Notes under the pieces: generated by a model
The model's input: the letters and a program-made list of their open reading frames with translations, nothing else
Told to the model about the DNA's origin: nothing
Databases searched by the model: none
Translations under genes and position numbers: made by a program
Assembly: GCA_017501145.1 (NCBI GenBank)
Contig: JAFVXL010000059.1
Coordinates: 382 to 64,381, forward strand
DNA: 64,000 nt
Reading direction: 5' to 3'
DNA from: Clostridia bacterium
Lineage (GTDB): Bacteria; Bacillota; Clostridia; Christensenellales; Pumilibacteraceae
Part shown: positions 9,774 to 19,800 of the stretch, in pieces
Position numbering within the stretch: the first letter of the stretch is position 1
How the letters are laid out: every line of letters begins with the position of its first letter

Positions 9774-11276
9774 ATGAAAAAGACAGACGCGCTTATAATT
9801 TTGGATGGATTTGGCAAAGGTGAAATTTGCGACGGTAACGCAATCGAAATTCAAGGCACGCCTAACTTCAAAAAGCTAATTAGCGAATATCCGCACACCT
9901 ATATAGACGCATCGGGACTTAGCGTTGGCTTGCCCGAGGGTCAAATGGGTAATAGCGAAGTAGGTCACCTTAATCTTGGCGCCGGCAGAGTAGTGTATCA
10001 GGACATCACCCGTATCGACAAGGCAATAAAGGACGGAGATTTCTTTACTAACGAGCAGTTTGTCAAAGCTGTGGAAAACGCAAAAAACAACGGTTCGTAT
10101 TTGCATATCGCTGGACTTTTGGGAGATGGAGGCGTTCATAGCTCGATAAACCATTTGTTTGCATTGCTTACGCTTTGCAAAAAAAGTGGGTTAGACAGAG
10201 TATATGTTCATTGTATTACCGACGGTAGAGATACTGCGCCCGACAGCGCACTTGGGTTTGTTAAGAGCGTGGAAGAAAAATGCAAGGAGCTTGGCTGCGG
10301 AAAAATTGCTACCGTTTTGGGCAGATTTTATTATATGGACCGAGATAATCGATGGGATAGAGTTGAAAAGGCGTACAAAGCCGTTTTCCTTGGCGAAGGC
10401 GATACAAAGTCCACCGCTATGCAAGCAGTACTTGATTCTTACAATAGCGGCGTAACCGACGAATTTATTTTGCCGTGTATGATAGACGGATACGACGGTG
10501 TTAAGGATGGGGATAGTTATATCTTCTATAATTTCCGCGCTGATAGAGCAAGAGAAATGTCGCGCGTAATATTGTGCGACGACTTTAACGAATTTGGTAG
10601 AGTTAAGCCCAACGTGTTTTACGTAGGCATGACCGAGTATGATGCAAAGCTCGATATGCGTATAGCATTTGGACCTAAGGATATTCGCAACACGCTTGGA
10701 GAATATGTTTCGTCTAAGGGACTTACTCAAACAAGAGTTGCCGAAACCGAAAAATATGCGCACGTTACCTTCTTCTTTAACGGTGGTGTAGAGCAACCCA
10801 ACGTCAACGAAGACCGAATTTTGGTGGCAAGTCCCAAGGTTGCGACATATGACCTTAAGCCTGAGATGAGCGCGTACGAGGTTACGGACAAAGCGCTTGG
10901 CGTGGTGGGCAAAACAGACCTTTTGATTATGAACTACGCAAACTGCGATATGGTAGGACATACTGGTATAATGGATGCGGCAGTTAAGGCGGTAGCTACC
11001 GTGGATGAGTGTTTTATTAAGGTAGTAGACGCCGTTATTAAGACCGGCGGTAGCGTAATTGTTACAGCCGATCACGGAAATGCCGAGTGTATGAAGGTAG
11101 GTGACAAGCCTATGACGGCGCACACCACCAACGTAGTTCCGCTTGTAATAGCAGGAGAAGGTGTAAAAGGCAAGGAGCTCATTAGCGGCGCATTGTGCGA
11201 CGTTGCGCCCACGCTGCTTACGCTTATGGGACTTAGCATTCCTGAGGAAATGGAAGGCAAGTCGCTTATTAAATAA
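9774..11276 (+). CDS. gpmI: 2,3-bisphosphoglycerate-independent phosphoglycerate mutase
   Basis: 500 aa. LIILDGFG, MGNSEVGHLNLGAGR, NYANCDMVGHTG, TADHGNAE. Confidence 0.95.
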   Translation: MKKTDALIILDGFGKGEICDGNAIEIQGTPNFKKLISEYPHTYIDASGLSVGLPEGQMGNSEVGHLNLGAGRVVYQDITRIDKAIKDGDFFTNEQFVKAVENAKNNGSYLHIAGLLGDGGVHSSINHLFALLTLCKKSGLDRVYVHCITDGRDTAPDSALGFVKSVEEKCKELGCGKIATVLGRFYYMDRDNRWDRVEKAYKAVFLGEGDTKSTAMQAVLDSYNSGVTDEFILPCMIDGYDGVKDGDSYIFYNFRADRAREMSRVILCDDFNEFGRVKPNVFYVGMTEYDAKLDMRIAFGPKDIRNTLGEYVSSKGLTQTRVAETEKYAHVTFFFNGGVEQPNVNEDRILVASPKVATYDLKPEMSAYEVTDKALGVVGKTDLLIMNYANCDMVGHTGIMDAAVKAVATVDECFIKVVDAVIKTGGSVIVTADHGNAECMKVGDKPMTAHTTNVVPLVIAGEGVKGKELISGALCDVAPTLLTLMGLSIPEEMEGKSLIK

Positions 11277-11285
11277 AAAAACCGC

Positions 11286-11744
11286 TTATGATAAGCGGCA
11301 TTTGGATAAAACGAGATTTTCGATAACGTCGGCTACCTTTAGCGCAAGCGAGTACACAAAGCCAAGCCTAACGGAAAAAAACCTTTTGTCAGTAGGCGGA
11401 TAGTTGCAAGTTACTGCAGTTACGCTTAAGTCGCCGACCATGGGTAAGTTTTTACCGCTGGCAGCTCCCGGAAAAATTCCGCCGCTATTAAGGTAGACGT
11501 TGCCTACGTTTTTGCCAACGCACGAGTCTACGGCAACGATAGTAGACGAGTGGTTTTCTTTGATAACGGCGTAGTAGCTCGTAAGATTTAGTGCAGTAAT
11601 GGGATTGTTGAGTGTTCCGTAGACGAAAGCAGGCAAATTGCGTTCAATAAGCATTTGACCTACCATAGGTCCGAGGCAATCTCCGCCTACGACGTCAGTT
11701 CCAATGCACATAATAACAGGTAAATTAGATGAAAGTGTTTCCAT
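11286..11744 (-). CDS. yyaC: Putative sporulation protein YyaC (spore-protease-like fold)
   Basis: I start the 240-aa ORF at the internal ATG at 11744 (METLSS...). IMCIGTDVVGGDCLGPMVG matches the YyaC signature. The upstream part of the ORF overlaps the divergent cvpA-like gene. Confidence 0.7.
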   Translation of the reverse strand: METLSSNLPVIMCIGTDVVGGDCLGPMVGQMLIERNLPAFVYGTLNNPITALNLTSYYAVIKENHSSTIVAVDSCVGKNVGNVYLNSGGIFPGAASGKNLPMVGDLSVTAVTCNYPPTDKRFFSVRLGFVYSLALKVADVIENLVLSKCRLS

Positions 11745-11799
11745 ATAATCGATTATGGACAACACGAAAGAAGTTGATACGAATAGGAGGATCGAATAT

Positions 11800-12621
11800 A
11801 TGATATTAGATATTATTTTTATAGTATTTATTGTCGTTTTTGCTGTTCTCGGTTTTGTGTTCGGGCTTTTTAAGACTTTTGTTTCTTTCTTTGGTTGGTT
11901 TATTAGTTTCGTACTCGCATATTTATGCGCAAAAGCGCTCGCTAACGCATTTTTGACAGCCAAAACAGCCGAGTGGTTAGTGGGTGACGGCTCGTTCTTT
12001 GACACCATTTACGCAATTATACCCGAAAGCATCAAGAATATTTCGATGGATACGATTAGAGATAGGGTTAACGCAAGCGACTCCGAAGAATTGATAAAGT
12101 ATTTTATTGCCGAAAATTCGGGCGGATTGCTCTCTTTCTTCTCTTCGATTATCCAAAATGCAGTTTGTAAAGATATTTATCTTAACAGCGCTCTTGTTGA
12201 CGTTGGTCAAGTGCTTGCATTAGAGCTTACTTACCACCTTTATGTAATTATGGTAGGCGTGATATTCTTCCTTGTGCTTAGAGTTATCGTAATGGGCGTA
12301 ACCATTATTTTTAAGGTAAAGGATAGCAAGGACGGCAAGGAAAAGCAGGACGTCAAGCTGCCCTTGCGCTTTGGAGGTATGGCGCTTGGAGCGATTAGAG
12401 GCTTGGCGTACGGTTGTGTTGTGCTCGTGCTTATGAGCTACCTTTCGGGCGTGTTTACGTTTTTGCAAGGACCGGTAGGCAATTCTAAGCTCAGCGCGCC
12501 TATAAATACGTGGATTTCTCAAACAACGGGTCAAAAGCTTAGCGATGACTTAGAAGAAAACGAGAGCTTTTTGCTCGTAATGTCAGCGCTCGAGGAGAAG
12601 ATTGCTACTGAAGAAGAATAA
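11800..12621 (+). CDS. CvpA-family integral membrane protein
   Basis: ATG at 11800 preceded by AGGAGG. N-terminal MILDIIFIVFIVVFAVLGFVFGLFKT plus further hydrophobic helices, typical of colicin-V-production (CvpA) proteins. Confidence 0.55.
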   Translation: MILDIIFIVFIVVFAVLGFVFGLFKTFVSFFGWFISFVLAYLCAKALANAFLTAKTAEWLVGDGSFFDTIYAIIPESIKNISMDTIRDRVNASDSEELIKYFIAENSGGLLSFFSSIIQNAVCKDIYLNSALVDVGQVLALELTYHLYVIMVGVIFFLVLRVIVMGVTIIFKVKDSKDGKEKQDVKLPLRFGGMALGAIRGLAYGCVVLVLMSYLSGVFTFLQGPVGNSKLSAPINTWISQTTGQKLSDDLEENESFLLVMSALEEKIATEEE

Positions 12622-12651
12622 GCGTTCTTAAAAACAAAACTTTATAAAAAT

Positions 12652-12697
12652 AGAGCAAGAATAAAAGGAAATTCATCTTATTCTTGCTCTTTTGTTT
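12652..12697. terminator. Bidirectional rho-independent terminator
   Basis: 13-bp stem AGAGCAAGAATAA / TTATTCTTGCTCT followed by TTTGTTT. Confidence 0.8.
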
Positions 12698-12724
12698 AAT
12701 TTTTGTAAAATGCGCTCAAAGGAT

Positions 12725-13105
12725 TTATAAATGTGGAGGAGGATTGAAGGGAGCGATGTAAAGCTGTCCATATACGCATAACTCAAATACGACAAATCCT
12801 ATAAGACACGCCAATAAGGCTCCAGCCAAAATTAATGCAACGATTGCACCCAAATATTTTGCGCGTAATCTTTCTGCAACAGCCAGATATATTGACGTAA
12901 CAAGCATGGCTATATCAGGTATTATAACTGACGCGAAAATGTTGAGACCTAATACGTTGTTGATTTGGTACATAATAGCTGAGATAACGAACATAATCAG
13001 TCCAATAAGCGAAACGATTATGGCTATTTTGTTATACAGTCGGGAAGAAGACGGTCCGCGATTTTCTAAGTCAATTGATTCGTCAATTGATTCTATAATT
13101 TTCAT
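12725..13105 (-). CDS. Hypothetical small membrane protein (3-4 predicted helices)
   Basis: 126-aa ORF with hydrophobic segments. No family recognised. Confidence 0.4.
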   Translation of the reverse strand: MKIIESIDESIDLENRGPSSSRLYNKIAIIVSLIGLIMFVISAIMYQINNVLGLNIFASVIIPDIAMLVTSIYLAVAERLRAKYLGAIVALILAGALLACLIGFVVFELCVYGQLYIAPFNPPPHL

Positions 13106-13137
13106 ATTCTATACCAAGAAAAAGTTATATAGTGTAA

Positions 13138-13163
13138 ATAAAAGGGGCGTAAGAAACGCCCCT
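13138..13163 (-). terminator. Rho-independent terminator of rpsT
   Basis: GGGGCG / CGCCCC stem with 7-nt loop, followed on the minus strand by TTTTATTT, immediately after the rpsT stop. Confidence 0.75.
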
Positions 13164-13170
13164 AAATAAA

Positions 13171-13692
13171 TTACTCTTCGGTTTTCTCTGCCTTTTTGGC
13201 TCTCGTTCTCTTCGGTTTAGCCTCAGTAGCTTCTTCGGTCTTTTCTACCTTCTTGGTAGCCTTCTTTGCCTTGGGCTTAGCTGCAGCTTCTTCAGCAGCC
13301 TTAGCAGCCTTTTTCTCTTCAGCTATGCGCTTAGCTTCTGCCTTAGCAGCCTCTTCACGAGCAACCTTTTCTGCTCTCTTTTCTGCAGCGATGGTCTTGT
13401 TATCCTTCTTGATAACGATTTCTTTCTTGCCGCTTTGGATGTCAGAAAGTCTCTTAGAAAGCTTAGCCTTGTGGTTGTCTGCGCAATTCTTGGTGATTAT
13501 ACCCTTGGTTGCAGCCTTGTCAATAATAGACATAGTTTCAGGCAAAAGCTGCTGAGCAACTGCGATATCAGTTTCTACAGCATTGTTGAACTTCTTTATA
13601 GCAGTGCGTAATTCGCTGTTGAGCATTCTGTTACGCTCGTTCTTCTTGTCGTTTACGAGTACGCGCTTCTTTGCGGATTTAATGTTTGGCAT
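13171..13692 (-). CDS. rpsT: 30S ribosomal protein S20 with long Lys/Ala/Glu-rich C-terminal extension
   Basis: N-terminal ~87 aa is canonical S20 (MPNIKSAKKRV...NERN......AIKK). It continues in frame for ~85 aa of KAAEEAAAKPKAKK-type sequence before the stop and terminator. Confidence 0.85.
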   Translation of the reverse strand: MPNIKSAKKRVLVNDKKNERNRMLNSELRTAIKKFNNAVETDIAVAQQLLPETMSIIDKAATKGIITKNCADNHKAKLSKRLSDIQSGKKEIVIKKDNKTIAAEKRAEKVAREEAAKAEAKRIAEEKKAAKAAEEAAAKPKAKKATKKVEKTEEATEAKPKRTRAKKAEKTEE

Positions 13693-13782
13693 TTGTATTC
13701 TCCCTAAAATGATTATTTCTAATTGCTAACTGAGATATTTTAGCATATTAAAAATATAAAATCAAGTAATAATAACGTTTTT

Positions 13783-14598
13783 TTGGAGCAAAATATAAAT
13801 AAATACGTAAAATTTTTGGAGTTAGCGGTGAATATTAGGACTGACATGGCAATAGAGCTTTCGCCAATCTCGCAAAAAGGCAAGGCTAAAATAGCAAGAA
13901 CAGACGTTGAGCTTGACGAGCAAACGGCAAAAAAATACGGCAAAGCCGCAGGATGTTATATTACTATAGAAAGTGATGTAGTAAAAAACTTGGATATGAA
14001 AGGATATAAAAAGCTTGCTGCCGCCATTAGCGAAGTGCTTTTGGAGCTTGGCGGCAATGCTAATAGCGTGCTAGTAGTTGGACTTGGCAATCCTAAGCTT
14101 ACTGCCGATTCGCTTGGCAGCAAGGTTTTTGATAGACTAGTGGTAACTCGTCAGCTTGGCGGCAGCGGCACTATGATAAGCGCAATATGTCCTAACGTAA
14201 TGGGAGTTACGGGCATAGAAAGCTTCGACGTCATAAAGGGCGTTTGTGAGCGAGTTAAGCCTGATCTTATCGTTGCTGTGGATAGTCTTGCGTCTGCTAC
14301 CACAGGGCGCATAGCATCTGCCTTTCAGCTGTGCTCTAGCGGAATAACACCGGGAAGTGGGGTTAGCAACCATCGTATGCGGCTTGACTGCGATTCGCTT
14401 GGATGCAAGGTGATATCGCTTGGCGTACCGCTTGTCGTCTATGCAAGCACAATAATAAGCGAAGCGGTGGGGGACGTAGATATAGATAACGAGCTTAGCG
14501 AGCTTATCGTAACACCTAAGGATATTGATTTTTTGGTATCAGAGTGCGCCGATATTATAGCGGCGGCTATTAATAAGGCGTTCGTTAGTTTTGAGTAA
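13783..14598 (+). CDS. gpr: Germination protease (GPR endopeptidase)
   Basis: 271 aa. IRTDMAIEL N-terminal motif and VLVVGLGNPKLTADSLGSKV. Divergent from rpsT, as in Bacillus. The TTG start is uncertain. Confidence 0.75.
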   Translation: MEQNINKYVKFLELAVNIRTDMAIELSPISQKGKAKIARTDVELDEQTAKKYGKAAGCYITIESDVVKNLDMKGYKKLAAAISEVLLELGGNANSVLVVGLGNPKLTADSLGSKVFDRLVVTRQLGGSGTMISAICPNVMGVTGIESFDVIKGVCERVKPDLIVAVDSLASATTGRIASAFQLCSSGITPGSGVSNHRMRLDCDSLGCKVISLGVPLVVYASTIISEAVGDVDIDNELSELIVTPKDIDFLVSECADIIAAAINKAFVSFE

Positions 14599-14630
14599 CA
14601 AGCGCGCAAAAAAGAGAATATATTCGTGGT

Positions 14631-15296
14631 ATGAAAATAGGTATTATGGATAGCGGGGTAGGTGGATTGACCACTTTAAGCCGTTGCGTTGACGTATGTG
14701 GCGGAGATTACATTTACTTAAAAGACGAAAAAGGGCCTTACGGAGATAAGGACGACGGTTTCGTTATACAAAGAGCCCTTCGCGCGTGTGAAAAGCTGAT
14801 TGATTTAGGCGCTCAAACGATAATTATTGCGTGCAACACAGCTACTAATGTGGCTATAAGCATAGTAAGAAAGGCGTTTGCCGATGTCAGATTCATAGGT
14901 GTAGAGCCTGCCGTTAAGCCGGCTTTGACTGAGTGTGAGCGCATTGCCGTTGCGCTTACGCCCGTTGCAGCGAGACAGGATAAGTTTAAGCAGCTGATAA
15001 GCGATTCTTTGCTTAGGATTAAGCTTGTTACGCCAGCTTTTTTGGCGCCGGCAATAGAAAAAAGTTACTTTGATTATACCCAAAAGAATATTCTTGCGGA
15101 CAAACTTTTGCAAGAAATAGGCGACGTGGATGGCTTGGTGCTGGGTTGTACTCATTACGTGTATCTTAAACACGCGCTTAAGCGCAAACGTACAGACCTT
15201 AAGGTTTTTGACGGTAATGACGGAGTTGCAAAAAGGCTTTTGTCACTAAATGGAAAAAGCCAGTTTAGCAACGTGGAATTCGTTAATATGAATTGA
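14631..15296 (+). CDS. murI: Glutamate racemase (compact, 221 aa)
   Basis: IMDSGVGGLT, IIACNTATN and LGCTHY catalytic-cysteine motifs. Confidence 0.75.
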   Translation: MKIGIMDSGVGGLTTLSRCVDVCGGDYIYLKDEKGPYGDKDDGFVIQRALRACEKLIDLGAQTIIIACNTATNVAISIVRKAFADVRFIGVEPAVKPALTECERIAVALTPVAARQDKFKQLISDSLLRIKLVTPAFLAPAIEKSYFDYTQKNILADKLLQEIGDVDGLVLGCTHYVYLKHALKRKRTDLKVFDGNDGVAKRLLSLNGKSQFSNVEFVNMN

Positions 15297-15319
15297 GCTT
15301 TATGAGTGCGATAGCTCTA

Positions 15320-15976
15320 TTATAGAGCGTTTAGCGCAAGCATAACGAGCTTGCCTTCTCTTTTTGCTTCATTAATTACGTCGCTCGTGACGTTTTGGCC
15401 TTGCGTAGCGATAATCCGTCCGCTTGGCGTAGAAATTGTGCGCTGAAGCTTTTTGCCGAGTAAGAAGTCGTACGAAGGGCAAATGGCGGTATTGATAGGC
15501 AATTCTATTTTGTTTTTTGGTTGCTCGGTAGGCTCAGAGGTATCTTTTTTTGAGCGTAGCTTGATTTGCTTATTGCTTGTATTGAAGACGATTAGCTCGT
15601 TTGCACTCAATATCCGTATAGGCAAAAGCGAAACGTCAGCTTCAAGCGAAACAACCTTAGCGTTTTGGATTATTACGTCCTTGATTATTCCAAGCGAGTT
15701 GCCGATTTGGTCGAAGGCGTATCGGTTGATAGGACAAGGAAGGTCGCAAATTTCGCGCACTAGTCCCTCGGAATTAAGCGTTACTACAGCGTCGCCTGTA
15801 ACGTCTAAGAGCTTGGCAATAGGGAAAAAGAGCCCGTCTTCTTCGTCGGTAAAAATAGAAACGTAAGTCGCCTTACAAAATTTTTCGTCAAAATATACGT
15901 TATTTATCGTTCCGAGCATACGAGCCTCGCTAAGAGAAAGTAACGGCTTACCTAATAATTCGCTGACCTTATACAT
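15320..15976 (-). CDS. PRC-barrel domain protein (YlmC/YmxH-like N-terminus)
   Basis: 218 aa. VSELLGKPLLSLSEARMLGTINNVYFDE resembles PRC-barrel sporulation proteins. Confidence 0.45.
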   Translation of the reverse strand: MYKVSELLGKPLLSLSEARMLGTINNVYFDEKFCKATYVSIFTDEEDGLFFPIAKLLDVTGDAVVTLNSEGLVREICDLPCPINRYAFDQIGNSLGIIKDVIIQNAKVVSLEADVSLLPIRILSANELIVFNTSNKQIKLRSKKDTSEPTEQPKNKIELPINTAICPSYDFLLGKKLQRTISTPSGRIIATQGQNVTSDVINEAKREGKLVMLALNAL

Positions 15977-16100
15977 ATAACTGCTCCTAAAAATGATTAC
16001 AATCTATTTTAGCGTAAAATACGCGCAAATATTACTATAATTTAATTTGACATTTTGACGATTATTGGATAAAATATACATATCAATGGAGGTTAACAGT

Positions 16101-16295
16101 ATGATTGACAAGAATATGACTATTTACGAAGTTTTGCAGCTTAAACCCGGATGTGAAGAAATTTTCTTCAGCTTTGGTATGCATTGTCTTGGCTGCCCCG
16201 TTTCGCGCGGAGAATCTGTAGTTGACGCTGCAGCTGCTCACGGAATTGACGCAGACGAGCTTATTAAGGCTCTTAACGAGTTCGAGGGAAAATAA
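16101..16295 (+). CDS. DUF1858 / hybrid-cluster-protein-associated redox disulfide domain protein
   Basis: ATG at 16101 preceded by GGAGG. MTIYEVLQLKPGCEEIFFSFGMHCLGCPVSRGESVVDAAAAHGID matches the family signature (GMHCLGCP). Confidence 0.75.
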   Translation: MIDKNMTIYEVLQLKPGCEEIFFSFGMHCLGCPVSRGESVVDAAAAHGIDADELIKALNEFEGK

Positions 16296-16296
16296 G

Positions 16297-16827
16297 TTGA
16301 AAATTGTTGTCGGACTCGGCAACTGCGAAGCAAAATACGCCCATACTCATCATAATATGGGCTTTTTGGTCGTAGAATGCCTTGCATCAAAGCTTGGAGT
16401 TAAGTTCAAGACCAAGGAGTGTGACTCGCTTACTGCCAAAGCGTACGTTAAGGGAGAGCCTGTTATTCTTGCCGAGCCGCAAACGTATATGAATTTGTCG
16501 GGAGTGGCGGTTAAGCAGCTTTTGGCAAAATACAAGTGCTTGCCCAGCGACCTAATCGTGGCATATGACGACATAGATTTGCCGCGTTACGCCCTGCGCG
16601 TTAGACAAAAGGGTAGCGCAGGCACACACAATGGTATGCGTAATATTATCGAAAAGATCGGGACGGAAGAGTTTGCGCGCGTTAGAGTGGGTATAGGCAG
16701 ACCGCCTATAGGTATGCCGCTTGCCGACTTTGTTCTTTCTGACGTGCCTAAGGCTGACCGTGAGCAAATGGCAAGCACCATAGAGCAAGCGGCGGACGAA
16801 ATCGCAAAGATGGTATGCTTGCAGTAA
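16297..16827 (+). CDS. pth: Peptidyl-tRNA hydrolase
   Basis: TTG start at 16297. KIVVGLGNCEAKYAHTHHNMGF, QTYMNLSG, GHNGMRNI-like (GTHNGMRNI). The upstream in-frame part of the ORF overlaps the DUF1858 gene. Confidence 0.9.
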   Translation: MKIVVGLGNCEAKYAHTHHNMGFLVVECLASKLGVKFKTKECDSLTAKAYVKGEPVILAEPQTYMNLSGVAVKQLLAKYKCLPSDLIVAYDDIDLPRYALRVRQKGSAGTHNGMRNIIEKIGTEEFARVRVGIGRPPIGMPLADFVLSDVPKADREQMASTIEQAADEIAKMVCLQ

Positions 16828-19800
16828 ACGAATATTTACAAGGCGGCGAGATCGCCAAAATAATTAAAGCATTATCGGACGGAAAAGACGTTTCCGTCCT
16901 TTCTGCGCATTTCGGGCAAAAAACGGCTTTGGCTGCTCTTTTGCCCGAATTTGTTTATGTTTGCTCGGATTACGTTACGGCAAGAGAGGCCTTCGAGCAA
17001 ATTTCGTGCTTGCGCGAGGCGGTTTATTTGCCGGCACTTGACGACGCGTTGACTTATGCAAGGATAAGAACGGGAGATAATTACGTAGAACGCATAAAGG
17101 CGCTGTACGAAATAGCTTATGGCGGAGCAAAGGTGGTTGTTACGCACGTTGCCGCGCTTATGCAGCTTTATCCAGAGATTAATGAGTTTAGGTCTCTTGG
17201 CTGTACGATGACCGTGGGCGAAGAATACGACTTTAGCGCGATACCGTCTAAGCTTATTAAGGCGGGATATAAGAGAGTTTCGCACGTTGACGCACCCGGA
17301 CAGTTTGCAATGCGTGGCGATATAATCGACATTTCGCCCGTTATCTACGATTATGGACTACGTATAGAGTTTTTTGGGGACGAGATTGACGCAATTAAAC
17401 GTTTTGATTACGGCACTCAGCTTTCGAGCGAAAGCTTAACGCAAGCGAAAATTTGTCCAAACACCTTCGTTACTTCGTCGCCCAACGTTAACCTTGGTCG
17501 AATTCAAGGCGGTTCAGAAGCAGTTATTGACGACTTAAGAATCAAGTTAGATAATGGCAATAACGATTTGTCGTTATCTTTTATTTCGCCGCTATTGCCG
17601 CACTCTAAGTTTAATGAGTTCGTTAAGCTCAAATATATAGTTTATGAAGACGCTAAGCAGGTTAGCGACAACGCGGCAATGACGCTTAGGGAGCATTATT
17701 CGAGATTTAAGACGCTCTTAAGTCAAGGAGCGCCCGTGGTGGACGGACAGCTTACCGACGACCTAAGGTATGATGGCGTTAAGCTTGCTTTTCAAAATAT
17801 TAGCAACGCTAACCGCCTATTTAATCCACAAGCCGTGTTTTCGATAGACACTTTTACACCGCTTTCGTATCGAAAGAGGTACGATATGCTTGCGTGCGAC
17901 ATCAAGAGCTGGACGCGCGAGGGATATACCGTAGTCATTTGCTGCGGTGACGACAAGCTTAAGTCTAGCGCGCAAGAGTTTTTGTACAATGAAGGCGCGC
18001 TTAGTCAAAACGTTACTTTGCTTACGGACAAATTGCCAAAAGGATTTGTTTTTCACGACATTAAGCTCGTTGTGGTAGGCACTTATGATATGGTAAGCAA
18101 AAAGGCTGTAGCTAAGAAGCTAAGCCGAAGAAAAAAAGACGTGTTTACCATGCCCGTGCCCGGCGAATACGTAGTTCATAACGTTCACGGAATAGGCGTT
18201 ATGGAAGCGGTAGAGCCTATGCTTATGGGCGGGGTGACGCGCGATTACGTAATTATTAGGTACCGCGACGGCGACAAGCTGTACGTGCCTGTCGAAAATA
18301 TAGATTGCTTAAGCAAATACGTGGCGGGTGGCGCCGAGCCCAAGCTAAACAAAATAGGCGGAGTAGACTTCGCTAAGGTAAAAGAAAGGGTAAGAGCTTC
18401 AGTCAAGGAGATGGCCTTCTCGCTTTTGGAGCTTTACGCACAAAGGTCGGAATCCAAGGGACACAAGTATTCGTTAGACAACACTATGCTTTCTGAGTTT
18501 GAAGCAGCCTTTGCGTATCAGCCGACTGTTGATCAAACAACTGCCGTGGCTGAGTGTCTCAACGACCTTACTAACGGTAGAATAATGGACAGATTGCTTT
18601 GTGGCGACGTGGGGTATGGCAAGACCGAAGTAGCCTTACGTGTTGCGTACAAGGTTATTGCGGAAGGTAAGCAGGTGGCGTTTATTTCGCCTACTACCAT
18701 ACTTGCAAAGCAGCATTATAAGACAGCGCTTTCGCGTATGGAGCAGTTTGGAGTAAATATTTGCTCGTTTACTCGACTTGACGACGCTAAGAGCATAAAG
18801 GTCGGCTTGCAAGGACTGGCTCAAGGCAAAATAGATATGGCGATAGGAACGCACAGATTGCTTAGCTCGGATATAAAATTCAAGGACCTAGGGCTGCTTA
18901 TCCTTGATGAGGAGCAGCGGTTTGGGGTGGCGGACAAGGAAAAGCTTAAGCTGCTTACACGCAACGTAAACGTGCTTACGCTGTCAGCAACGCCTATACC
19001 GCGCACGCTCCATATGTCTATGACGGGTATACGTGATATGAGCGTTTTGGATACGCCGCCGGCCGACCGAATTCCCGTCCAAACGTACGTTTCGGAGTAC
19101 TCCGAAAGCCTTGTTTACGATGCGGTAATGCGCGAGCTGGGACGTGGCGGACAAGTGTTTATTGTGTACAATAGGGTGGAGAGCATAAGCTCTTTCGCAA
19201 GCAAAATTAAGACGTTGTTAGGCGACGTAAGAATTTCGGTTGCTCACGGGCAAATGAAGGAGGACGTGCTCGAAAAAACGATAGACGAGTTCGTTTCGGG
19301 ACAAAGCGACGTGCTTATAGCGAGTACTATTATCGAAAACGGTATAGATATGCCTAGAGCTAACACTATGATAGTTGTGGATGCGGATAGACTCGGACTT
19401 TCGCAGCTTTATCAGCTGCGCGGCAGAATAGGCAGAAGCAATAGACTTGCTTACGTATTCTTTACTTACGCAGATAAGATTTTGACCGAAACAGCGTACA
19501 AAAGGTTGGAGGCAATAACGGAGTTTACTGAGTTCGGCTCTGGGTTTAAGATAGCTATGCGCGACCTAGAAATCAGGGGCGCGGGCAATATCTTGGGCAA
19601 GGCTCAGCACGGTCATATGGAGAAGGTCGGCTACGATATGTACTGCAAGATTTTGAAAGAAGCGGTTGACGAGCTTAAGGGTAAGGAGATTGCTTCGGCG
19701 AGCGAGGTCAAGGTATCTATCGACTTTGAGGCGTTTATTCCGAGCGGATATATATCTTCTGAGCAGCGTAAAATCGACGCGTACGCCAAGATTTCCGCTG

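Noticed and set aside
8925-11123. Long minus-strand ORFs (309 aa at 8925-9854 and 310 aa at 10191-11123) opposite tpiA and gpmI
   Set aside because: They mirror genes with unmistakable enzyme motifs. Their products are low-complexity (Ser/Leu/Asn/Val/Cys-rich) with no ribosome-binding site or family resemblance. This is a typical antisense open frame caused by codon bias.
11745-12008. N-terminal 88 codons of the 240-aa minus-strand ORF (yyaC)
   Set aside because: This part overlaps the divergent CvpA-like gene and lacks YyaC similarity. The internal ATG at 11744 gives a normal-length YyaC.
13196-13555. 119-aa plus-strand ORF rich in Ala/Ser/Leu inside rpsT
   Set aside because: It is the reverse-complement reading of the Lys/Ala/Glu-rich S20 tail. 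It has no start context, and the S20 reading is supported by the canonical N-terminus and terminator.
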